Positions 7,953-15,675 of a stretch of 22,357 bases of DNA are shown here, piece after piece. How positions within the stretch are numbered: position 1 is the stretch's first letter; the number at the start of each line of letters is the position of its first letter. The position numbers were made by a program, and so were the translations under genes. The notes under the pieces are model-generated. The model did no database searches and had not been told where the DNA came from. It worked only from the letters and a program-made list of their open reading frames with translations. The DNA lies in the NCBI GenBank assembly GCA_038153405.1, contig JAYOYH010000062.1, forward strand, positions 1 through 22,357, given 5' to 3'. The stretch is from Gemmatimonadota bacterium. Its GTDB lineage: Bacteria > Latescibacterota > UBA2968 > UBA8231.

Positions 7953-8597
7953 CGCCGTGTCCCTGCGGCGAGCGGGGGCGGGAGCCAGTGGTGCTGTGGC
8001 CGGCAACAGCAGGCGCGCGCGGAAATCATCGAGCGGAAAAGCGGGACCCGGATCTATTTTCCGGTCGGGCGCAATTTCCTCGTGACCGAGTATATGGCAA
8101 ATGCCGTACTCGGAAATTAGCAGCCTGCACAGCGCTTCCACGACGCGCACCTGCTCATCGGGAAAGCGGTGCCAACAGGTCAACTGCGTCTGGTTGCGGT
8201 GCACCCCGCGCACGACCTCTTCGGGTGGATAGGCCTGGCCAAACCACGAAACGTACTGACCGTCCTTTTCCTCCAACTGCCCGGCGTTATCGATTTCAAT
8301 GCCGATGGAATACTGGTTAAAGCCCTCGCGCTCGCCCCACTTGCTCACGCCGGCGTGCCAGCCGATGACGTTGAAGGGAAGCATCTGCGTCACCGCGCCG
8401 TCGCGGCCGACAACTAAGTGTGCAGAGACTTTGCGCTCGGTATCGCTCAGCGTGCGGATGGCCGACTCGGCGTTGGCACCGGCCGTGTAGTGTATGACGA
8501 TGGTATCCAGGGCACCGGGAGCATAGGGCCCTCCCTGGTTGGGCGACTCGCGATAGTCGATGCCCTCACCTTCTAGACGATGGTTTGTTATTTTCAT
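6819..8597 (-). CDS. In-frame fusion as sequenced: N-acetylmuramoyl-L-alanine amidase (Amidase_2) plus enolase-superfamily acid-sugar dehydratase
   Basis: Single 592-aa open frame with no stop between the two domains. It may really be two genes (see findings). Confidence 0.6.
   Translation of the reverse strand: MKITNHRLEGEGIDYRESPNQGGPYAPGALDTIVIHYTAGANAESAIRTLSDTERKVSAHLVVGRDGAVTQMLPFNVIGWHAGVSKWGEREGFNQYSIGIEIDNAGQLEEKDGQYVSWFGQAYPPEEVVRGVHRNQTQLTCWHRFPDEQVRVVEALCRLLISEYGICHILGHEEIAPDRKIDPGPAFPLDDFRARLLLPATAPLAPAPARRRDTAMKITAIKPFVIDAGVFVKVETDAGLYGLGEAGMKRRGRALAETIHSMAPDLIGQDPFRIEHLWQVMFRGGFFPGGGVQTSAVSAVDIALWDIKAKALGVPVYELLGGRVRDKVACYPHNGDPKAIDTLIDSCRATRDAGYKFVRWGMVDPVGDKNVLEPSRAVRFGIEQVRAVREALGDEIEICVDVHTRLDPSAAIQFCRGVEPYRPFFIEDPIRSESSESLRLVRQHTSVPLAVGEQWAGKWAFRQVIEEELMDYARIDLCIAGGLSEARKIAGWCETHYIHLAPHNPLGPVSTAACAHLCFASSLVGVQECPRAPGTAHTDVFPVQVPFANGHLLPPEGPGLGVELNEEALVEGEPRAGAGIWFEREDGSYTNW
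7953..8597 (-). CDS. N-acetylmuramoyl-L-alanine amidase (AmpD/Amidase_2-like, Zn-dependent) domain
   Basis: IVIHYTAG, SAHLVV, WHAG, SIGIEIDN and GHEEIAPDRKIDPGP. The Zn-ligand His/His/Asp motifs are present and there is no signal peptide. Confidence 0.9.
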
Positions 8598-8745
8598 CCC
8601 ATATCAGCCTGTTTTTTTGCGCGATGCGCGCTACACTGAGCTATACAGTAGAGAAAGATCGGCCACTCGTCCAGCTTGTCGCATCTCGGCCCAGATCGAT
8701 TTCTAACGCGCGCTCCAGCACTCCAATAGAATGCGAATCGACAGC

Positions 8746-8779
8746 AAAAAGCCCTGCTCTGTATACAGAGCAGGGCTTT
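8746..8779 (-). terminator. Rho-independent terminator after the beta-glucosidase gene
   Basis: AAAGCCCTGCTCTG-TATA-CAGAGCAGGGCTTT hairpin (8748-8779). On the minus strand the stem runs into TTTTT, about 30 nt after the GH1 stop. Confidence 0.85.
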
Positions 8780-8808
8780 CGCTAGTGGACTCTGTGCGGC
8801 CGTTGCGC

Positions 8809-10176
8809 CTATACATCCACTCCCAACACCGCGCCATTGCTTTCGATAACCGTCCGATACCAGTGTGCCGAGTCCTTTAAGATGCGCTCCTGCGTTTGGT
8901 AGTCCACGTACACTAGACCAAAGCGCTCCTTGTATCCTTCAGCCCATTCAAAGTTATCGAAGACAGACCAGTGGAAATAGCCCTCAATCGGCACCCCATC
9001 CTCGCCGGCGCGCTCGAATTCCAGTAGGTAGCGCTCGGTAAAGTCTATGCGCTGTGGATCGTGCACCTTGCCGTCGAGCGAAACCCAGTCCTGGTTAGAC
9101 AGCCCGTTTTCGGTGATGAAGATAGGCAGTCCGTAGCGCTCGTAATAGAAGCGCGGTCCCCAGTAGAGCGCCTCGGGCGTGACTGGCCACTTGTTGGCGC
9201 AGATGGGATTGCCCTGAGGCCGATCCACTTGGCGAAAGCGCCCCTGTTCGTTGCAGCCAATCGTCCAGCCGTTGTAGATATTCGTGCCGTAGAAATCGAG
9301 GGGCTGGCACATGATGTCGAAGTCGCTATCCTTGAATTTGGGCGCAGCGCTGCCGTAGATTGCGAGCCCATCTTCTGGGTAATGGCCCAAAATCACCGGA
9401 TCGGACCACCAAGAAATGTTCCAACAGTTTCTGTTTTTAACGGCGAACATCGCACGCCGCGCCTGCTCTACGTTTTCTTCGTCCGTCTCGTCGGCCGGCA
9501 CGACCGGGCTGCCCGTCGGCGCATAGCCAACGACGGTATCAAGCCGGGCGCGAGCGCGAATGACCTGTACCGAACGGCCGTGGGCCAGCAGCGTGTGATG
9601 TCCGGCCAACAGCACCTCTTCCAAGCCCAGCTTGTCGCCGGGAGCGTGAATGCCGTCGAGCAGGCCCAGGCCGATAAAGCACTGCGGCTCGTTGAGCGTC
9701 ATCCAGTGCTTAACGCGATCGGACAGCCTATCGACCAGCACTTCTGTATACTCGGCGAACCACTCCGGACTCTGCGGATTGAGCCAACCGCCGCGACAGT
9801 AGAGCGCATGCGGAAAGTCCCAGTGAAAAAGCGTAACGTAGGGAGTGATGTGTACGGCGAGCAGTTCGTCGATGAGCCGGTCGTAAAAGTCTAGGCCGGC
9901 TTCGTTAACCGGGCCGACGCCCTCGGGCAACACGCGCGGCCAGCTTACCGATAGGCGATAGGCCATGAGACCCATTTCTTTCATCAGCGCAACATCTTCT
10001 CTATAGCGATGATAGTGGTCTATGGCTATATCGCCGGTGTGCCCCGCGTAGACGCGACCCGGCTGGCGGCAGGTCATATCCCACACCGATAGCCCCTTGC
10101 CGTCGTCGTAGGCACCTCCTTCAATCTGGTACGACGCGGCGGCCGCACCCCAAACAAAGTTCTCGGGAAAGCTCAT
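8809..10176 (-). CDS. GH1 family beta-glucosidase
   Basis: FPENFVWGAAAASYQIEG, TLFHWD, TLNEP (acid/base), ITENG (nucleophile) and WSVFDNFEWAEGYKERFG. Confidence 0.96.
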   Translation of the reverse strand: MSFPENFVWGAAAASYQIEGGAYDDGKGLSVWDMTCRQPGRVYAGHTGDIAIDHYHRYREDVALMKEMGLMAYRLSVSWPRVLPEGVGPVNEAGLDFYDRLIDELLAVHITPYVTLFHWDFPHALYCRGGWLNPQSPEWFAEYTEVLVDRLSDRVKHWMTLNEPQCFIGLGLLDGIHAPGDKLGLEEVLLAGHHTLLAHGRSVQVIRARARLDTVVGYAPTGSPVVPADETDEENVEQARRAMFAVKNRNCWNISWWSDPVILGHYPEDGLAIYGSAAPKFKDSDFDIMCQPLDFYGTNIYNGWTIGCNEQGRFRQVDRPQGNPICANKWPVTPEALYWGPRFYYERYGLPIFITENGLSNQDWVSLDGKVHDPQRIDFTERYLLEFERAGEDGVPIEGYFHWSVFDNFEWAEGYKERFGLVYVDYQTQERILKDSAHWYRTVIESNGAVLGVDV

Positions 10177-10296
10177 GGTTCACTCCCTCTTTGCGGCAAG
10201 AACAACAGCCCACAATGCGTTATATTTGGACAGCTGCAATTGCAATCTAAGCATCCAGAGACCCGCGCCCAACAGGGGCCCTACGAGAGAGCAGGC

Positions 10297-10884
10297 ATGC
10301 CCGAAGACTCCATTGACGCGCTGCGCCGCGACATCGAATTCAGCGAAACACTGCGCGGCCGCGCGCTGTCTTTTCACACGACGTGGGGACTTTTCAACCC
10401 CAAGCGCGTCGACGACGGCTCGCGGCTGCTCATCGACTGCATCGATGCACCCGTCGATGCGGCCTGTCTCGATATAGGCTGCGGCTACGGTCCCATTGGC
10501 CTGGCTCTGGCTCAGCTGTGCCCGCAGGGTACTGTGCACATGGTCGACAAGGACTTCGTCGCCGTGGAGTACGCTCAGAACAACGCCCTGCGCAACGGGC
10601 TGACCAACTGCCGAATCTACCTGAGCAATGGATTGAGCAACGTGCCCGAGGGCACCCAATTCGACCGGGTCGTGTCCAATCTACCGGCCAAGGTCGGCAA
10701 CGAGCTACTGTCGATTTTCTTGCACGACGCGCGCGACCACCTAGTCCTTGGCGGCAGGCTTTACGTAGTGACGATCGCCGGGTTAAAAAACTACGTCAAG
10801 CGCACGTTCCGCGAGACGTTTGGCAACTACAAAAAAATCAAACAGCGCGGAACGTACCTAGTGTCGATGGCTGAACGAGCATAG
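10297..10884 (+). CDS. Class I SAM-dependent methyltransferase, small-domain RsmC/MTS-like
   Basis: WGLFNPKRVDDGSRLL, LDIGCGYGPIG and FDRVVSNLP. ATG 10297 is preferred to the track start at 10240. Confidence 0.85.
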   Translation: MPEDSIDALRRDIEFSETLRGRALSFHTTWGLFNPKRVDDGSRLLIDCIDAPVDAACLDIGCGYGPIGLALAQLCPQGTVHMVDKDFVAVEYAQNNALRNGLTNCRIYLSNGLSNVPEGTQFDRVVSNLPAKVGNELLSIFLHDARDHLVLGGRLYVVTIAGLKNYVKRTFRETFGNYKKIKQRGTYLVSMAERA

Positions 10885-10904
10885 CGGCAAATCGCCCGAT
10901 CGCC

Positions 10905-12272
10905 CTATTGCTCCAAGTAGCGAATGCGCTTGTTGATATCCGTATTCACCGAATGATAGGGAAGCATGAGGTTGCCCGAGGCAAAGAGCGTGCGGCGAAT
11001 ATGTTCGACGTCGTCGTGACCGATGGCGGTTGTGAAAATGGGCAGCAAGTAATCAATGCCTATCTGCGACGGTTTCATGCGTTCCACGTCGTAGAACGAC
11101 GCGTGCATAAAGCGCGCGTGTATCTGCCCCCAGCGATCGCGCAGCCGATGGCCCTCAAAACTGTCTACGTAAAAGCCGCGCTCGTGGCTCCACTGCAGCA
11201 CCGACACCGTGTTGTTCTGGCCTTCGAGCAACATATCTACGGCCTTGCCGCCCAGCTGCGAGGCATAAAAGCGGTCGAATAGCACGGGCCGCCCGCCGCG
11301 CTGGGTGTGACCAACCTTGCGCGTGAATATGGCCGCGCTGGCCGACTCGCCGCGCCGCCGGCTGACGAAGTAGCCGTCGCCGATGCGCTGTATCAGCATA
11401 GAACGCAGCGCCTCGGCCGCGCCGCTGAGAATGATATTGCCCGCCGGATCGGTCGTGGGCTGCACGGCGCCCAATTCGTTGCCCTCTTCATCCGTAATGC
11501 CCTCTCCGCATACGATGACGACGTTTTTTTGCAGCTCGTACAGCTCCATTATGCGTTCCACCAACGGGTCGACGTACACGGGCGATTCGGGAATTAGAAT
11601 GATGTCCGGCCTGCCAAAGGCCGACCCCAGCGCAATATATCCAGAATGGCGGCCCATAACTTCGATGATGGCAATGCGTCGATGGCTTTCGGCCGTCGTG
11701 CGCACGCGCTCAACACCCATGGCCGAATCGAATACGGCCGTGGCGTAGCCGGGCGTGGCGTAGTTAATCATGTGCTCCTGATTAAACGCGATGCGCGAGC
11801 GCCTGTGCTGGTAGCGGCCGCTCTCATCGCGGAACCACTCGTCGGGTTCGCTCGGATAGTTCAAGCCTAGGTCGTTATCAATGGTTTTGGGTGCTAAAAC
11901 TACGGGCAGGCGCTCCGTTAGCGGTTGGAGGCCGTTGAGCGTGCCGTCCCCGCCTATGCATATCAGCCCCTCTATCCGCAGCTGCTTTAATCGCTCGTAT
12001 ATCTGCTCTATATGCTGCGGATTGTCGCCCGATAAGTAGTCGCGCGAAGCGCCCAGTATCGTACCGCCCACCGTGGCGTCGAGTTCGGGTATTTCGCGCA
12101 TCAGCGGATTGAGCTGCACGTGCGGCAGGCGCGGGTTGAGCAGGCTGTTGAACCCCTTGATAAAGCCAAAGATCTCCAAGTGCAGTTGGCTGGCGCGCGC
12201 CACCGCTCCGTGAATCGTCGCGTTCAGCGCCGGCGTGTCACCGCCCGCTGTAAGAATTCCTATCCGTTTCAT
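10905..12272 (-). CDS. pfkA: 6-phosphofructokinase (PfkA family)
   Basis: IGILTAGGDTPALNA, GGTILG, GGDGT, PKTIDND, EVMGRHSG and GHTQRGG. Confidence 0.92.
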   Translation of the reverse strand: MKRIGILTAGGDTPALNATIHGAVARASQLHLEIFGFIKGFNSLLNPRLPHVQLNPLMREIPELDATVGGTILGASRDYLSGDNPQHIEQIYERLKQLRIEGLICIGGDGTLNGLQPLTERLPVVLAPKTIDNDLGLNYPSEPDEWFRDESGRYQHRRSRIAFNQEHMINYATPGYATAVFDSAMGVERVRTTAESHRRIAIIEVMGRHSGYIALGSAFGRPDIILIPESPVYVDPLVERIMELYELQKNVVIVCGEGITDEEGNELGAVQPTTDPAGNIILSGAAEALRSMLIQRIGDGYFVSRRRGESASAAIFTRKVGHTQRGGRPVLFDRFYASQLGGKAVDMLLEGQNNTVSVLQWSHERGFYVDSFEGHRLRDRWGQIHARFMHASFYDVERMKPSQIGIDYLLPIFTTAIGHDDVEHIRRTLFASGNLMLPYHSVNTDINKRIRYLEQ

Positions 12273-12284
12273 AGTGGCTCTTTC

Positions 12285-12824
12285 TCATCCCGTTCCATAG
12301 GTCGACTCCTCTATATCATCACCAGATGGCTGAACTAGGTCGACCGCTTCGAGAAGTCGACATACTTCGTCGTAAAACGCAGCAAACATCGCCCCGCCTA
12401 GATAGGCTAGGTCGGCGTTAATATCGCCGTCCGCACAGCAGCGAGCAAAGGCACTGCCAACGGCGTCGCGCAGACGGCCGGATCCCTTCGACTGACCGCT
12501 TGCCGCTTGGCCGTACAGCACTAGGTGGTCTCGCAGGTCTTCGCTCAGGCCCATCCCCACATCGCCTTCCAAGCGCTGCCAGTGCTGGTAGAGGCGGTTG
12601 CGCAGATCCGCGCGCGTGGGCTCATCGGCCAGCGTCGTTGCAAACGCCAGGTCGGTGGCGTAGGCGCGCAAAAACGTCAGCTCTGACTGCACGCGCCCCA
12701 ACTCCACTCCCAGCGCGCTGGTCAATTCGCGCAAGGCCGTTTGCTCGCGTTCAGCCGGCCGGCAAATCGCATCCATCAGCAGAGCGGCCAGTTCTATCGT
12801 TGAAGCCCGTTCAGCAGCCAACAC
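12285..12824 (-). CDS. Hypothetical helical protein immediately upstream of pfkA
   Basis: Open frame with protein-like composition, ending 12 nt before the pfkA start. Likely start is GTG 12824 or TTG 12821, after AAAAGG. Confidence 0.7.
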   Translation of the reverse strand: MLAAERASTIELAALLMDAICRPAEREQTALRELTSALGVELGRVQSELTFLRAYATDLAFATTLADEPTRADLRNRLYQHWQRLEGDVGMGLSEDLRDHLVLYGQAASGQSKGSGRLRDAVGSAFARCCADGDINADLAYLGGAMFAAFYDEVCRLLEAVDLVQPSGDDIEESTYGTG

Positions 12825-12893
12825 AACCCACCTTTTCTCGCACCGATTTATAATTCCTTTACAAACCTTTTTATTTTCAGTAAGATACACCGT

Positions 12894-13253
12894 ATGGAAG
12901 CCTTGGAAGCCGCTCTTAGCGCCCCCGTGCTCTTTGCCGTTGTAGCCATTGCCTCTTTTGCCTTGGTCGCTAGAGCCGTGGTAGGCGTACTACGGCAACT
13001 GCCCACGCTGAGCACGCAGCTTGAACAGGTCCAGCGCCAGCTGTCCAGCGTGCACGACGGCATACCGCTAAAGCGCGCGGCACTCAGCTCCCTGCAAGAA
13101 AAAATCAAACCGCTCAAGCTGACGGCTCAGCACCTTCAAGACTACAGCACAACACTGCTCGATATTGAGCGCAAGGCCGTGAGAGAAGAAGAAGACAAGA
13201 TGCACCGGGAAGATATTCCCATTCATCGCCCCGGAGCGCCCAGAGACATTTGA
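12894..13253 (+). CDS. Hypothetical protein with N-terminal transmembrane helix and coiled coil
   Basis: Hydrophobic segment PVLFAVVAIASFALVARAVVGVL followed by heptad-like Leu/Gln/Glu-rich helices. It is divergent from the previous gene across an AT-rich spacer. Confidence 0.75.
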   Translation: MEALEAALSAPVLFAVVAIASFALVARAVVGVLRQLPTLSTQLEQVQRQLSSVHDGIPLKRAALSSLQEKIKPLKLTAQHLQDYSTTLLDIERKAVREEEDKMHREDIPIHRPGAPRDI

Positions 13254-13395
13254 GCTTGAGAGAAAGTCGACCGCATCTACCGATTGCTCTCTATTTACCG
13301 CAGTTGTTGCATAAACATTACGCGACACATGACTTGAGACGAGCGCTGCACAAGACTAGGCGCCCGTCGGATCCGTAGCTTTTAAGCCGCCACCC

Positions 13396-14064
13396 TCAGA
13401 ACGTTTCCCCCAGGCCAAAGTCGGCGACGATATCGCCGGCGTGCACGTCCAGACGGCCGTCGCCCTCGACGTCGATTTCTAGCCAATAGATGCGATCCCA
13501 ACCCATAGGCGTGTGGACGAGAAAGCGCACGCGACCACCGGCTTCTGTGCGCATGGCCTCTGCCGCACACGATTCGGGTTCGTGCAAATCGACCACCTTC
13601 TGTGCGGTCTGCAGCACGCCTTCAAAGCGCGCTCGGGTAAAGATCGGCACGGTGGCCAACCATTCGGCGTCGTGCCAACTGGCCCGGGTCGCCCACAGTT
13701 CCTGCACGAAGAACGCATATTCAAAGAGACCCTCGGGCGTGGGATCGTAGTGCAAATATTGGTAGAGCGTCTCCACGGCTTGATCGCTGCGCTCTTCGCC
13801 TTCTGTAGATGGGTCGGCCAGCAGGGGCGCTTGTCCATCGAGTGGGCGGGCGTAGGGGCGTATGCGCTTTATTGTATCGCCGTGATGTACCCAGTCGTAG
13901 TCTAGTTGGTAGCCAGAGCGCACGTGCACGCGTGGAAAAAATCCTAGCAGTGCGTTGACATCGTCCGGCTTTGCGTAGCGATCGTATGATTTGCGAAAGT
14001 GCAGCACATGCTCTAGAACGCCCTCTGCCCGACCTTCCGGTACGCGCTCTGGAGAGATATTCAT
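13396..14064 (-). CDS. Hypothetical protein
   Basis: 222-aa ORF; ATG preceded by GAGGA, 22 nt downstream of the pdxA stop. Globular, aromatic-rich composition with no motif I recognise. Confidence 0.78.
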   Translation of the reverse strand: MNISPERVPEGRAEGVLEHVLHFRKSYDRYAKPDDVNALLGFFPRVHVRSGYQLDYDWVHHGDTIKRIRPYARPLDGQAPLLADPSTEGEERSDQAVETLYQYLHYDPTPEGLFEYAFFVQELWATRASWHDAEWLATVPIFTRARFEGVLQTAQKVVDLHEPESCAAEAMRTEAGGRVRFLVHTPMGWDRIYWLEIDVEGDGRLDVHAGDIVADFGLGETF

Positions 14065-14086
14065 AATCCTCGCCCCGCGCCTCTAG

Positions 14087-15112
14087 CTAACGCACCGGTG
14101 CCAAGTCTATGCTCGCGCGCACCGATGCGGCATACTGCCCGGCGGCCCCAAGTGCCTCGACCATGCCGCGCGCATCGGCCATGCCCTTGCCGGCAATGTC
14201 AAAGGCCGTGCCGTGGTCAACCGATGTGCGCAGAAATTTCAGTCCCATGGTCAGGCTCACCGTGCCGTGGAAGTCCAGCGTCTTGGCGGCAATATGCCCC
14301 TGATCGTGGTAGAGCGACAGCACGCCGTCGTAGCGTCCTTCATAGCACTGGGTAAAGACCGAGTCCGCCGGCACCGGACCGCGCACCCGCCACCCTCGGT
14401 CGATAGCTTCCCGCGTCGCCGGGCCGATCACGTCCATTTCGTCCGTGCCGAACAGCCCCTGCTCGCCGCCGTGCGGGTTGAGCGCAGCGACAGCCACCGT
14501 CGGCTCTTCGATGCCGAGTTGGCGCAGGTAGAGATCGCAAAACGGTAGCGCCTCGAGAAGGCCTTCGCGCGTAATGGCATCGGGAATCTGGCGAAAGGAA
14601 ATATGGCGCGTCAGAAAGAATATGCGCAGCGTGCGCACGATGAAGAGCGTCATCGGATCGTGGTGGGCGGCACGTGCTTTGAGCACAGCGGTGTGATCTA
14701 TAAACGGGACCTTGGCCGCCTGCAGCGATTCCTTGTTGAGCGGTGCGGTACACAACCCCACCACAGCCCCGGATAGGGCGTCCTCAATCGCCCGCTCCAA
14801 ATAGGTATAACCGGCTTGCCCACCCGATGCAGAAATGCGACCGTACTCGATCGGCCCGTCGAGCACGCCGCAGTCGATATAGTCAATGCAACCCGATTCG
14901 TAGCGCCCTTCGGAGGGATCGCCAATCGCATTTAGCTGCAGATCGGCACCGAGCGTTCGCAGCGTTTGCTCAAGCACCGCACCGTCGGCATAGACTACGG
15001 GCTTTACCCGCTCGTAAATGCCCTCTTCGCACAGGCACTTGACGGTTATTTCCGGACCGATGCCAGCCGGGTCTCCAACGGTTAGACCTATTGTGGGTCG
15101 ATGGGTATCCAT
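14087..15112 (-). CDS. pdxA: PdxA-family dehydrogenase (4-hydroxythreonine-4-phosphate, or PdxA2-type threonate/erythronate-4-phosphate dehydrogenase)
   Basis: GDPAGIGPE, TAPLNK, LNPHGGE, YHDQGHI and RTSVDHGTAFDIAG. AGGAG RBS upstream. Confidence 0.93.
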   Translation of the reverse strand: MDTHRPTIGLTVGDPAGIGPEITVKCLCEEGIYERVKPVVYADGAVLEQTLRTLGADLQLNAIGDPSEGRYESGCIDYIDCGVLDGPIEYGRISASGGQAGYTYLERAIEDALSGAVVGLCTAPLNKESLQAAKVPFIDHTAVLKARAAHHDPMTLFIVRTLRIFFLTRHISFRQIPDAITREGLLEALPFCDLYLRQLGIEEPTVAVAALNPHGGEQGLFGTDEMDVIGPATREAIDRGWRVRGPVPADSVFTQCYEGRYDGVLSLYHDQGHIAAKTLDFHGTVSLTMGLKFLRTSVDHGTAFDIAGKGMADARGMVEALGAAGQYAASVRASIDLAPVR

Positions 15113-15248
15113 GGCTTTTCTCTCTCCTAACCTGCCGTTTTACGGGGCGCACCTCGGACAGGTCTCCGACGAGCGCTGTACCGCATATCGCGTCCGCTCA
15201 GATGGCGTGCGACCTTCAAATGATGCGTTTTCTATCTGCGCTGGGCGC

Positions 15249-15665
15249 TTACTTAGCCGGGGGCGTGGTCGGCAGACGCAGCAAAAAGTGTACGACCCAG
15301 ATACCGACGGCAACGAGCAGAATCTTTACCGGCCACAGCGGCACAAAAAATACCACCGACGTGCCCAGCGTCACGGCGAGTAGAGCGATGGCGACGATTT
15401 TCGTGCGCAAGGCAACGCTGCGGCTCTCCTGCCACTGGCGAATGGTCGGCCCGAAAATCCGGTTGGCCAACAACCAGTCGTAAAAGCGCTTAGAAGAGCG
15501 CGCATAGCAAGCCGCTGCCAGCAGCAAAAACGGCGTCGTCGGCAGAAGCGGCAATACCACGCCCAGCGCGCCCAAGGCGACAAAGAGCGAACCCAAACAA
15601 AAAAAGAGCAGGCGCTGCCAGCGCGGACCGTATGTGTGGCCTTCCTCCTCCACTCCTTCTACCAC
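15249..15665 (-). CDS. YbaN/DUF454 family membrane protein
   Basis: LGALGVVLPLLPTTPFLLLAAACYARSS...FGPTIRQW signature. Confidence 0.9.
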   Translation of the reverse strand: MVEGVEEEGHTYGPRWQRLLFFCLGSLFVALGALGVVLPLLPTTPFLLLAAACYARSSKRFYDWLLANRIFGPTIRQWQESRSVALRTKIVAIALLAVTLGTSVVFFVPLWPVKILLVAVGIWVVHFLLRLPTTPPAK

Positions 15666-15675
15666 TGGACAGGGC

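Noticed and set aside
8637..8649. CTGAGCTATACAG as a LexA box upstream of the amidase
   Set aside because: Spacing is CTG-N7-CAG rather than CTG-N10-CAG.
12825..12890. N-terminal extension of the hypothetical ORF upstream of pfkA
   Set aside because: It runs through the AT-rich divergent promoter region to within 3 nt of the opposite gene's start, so a later GTG/TTG start is more plausible.
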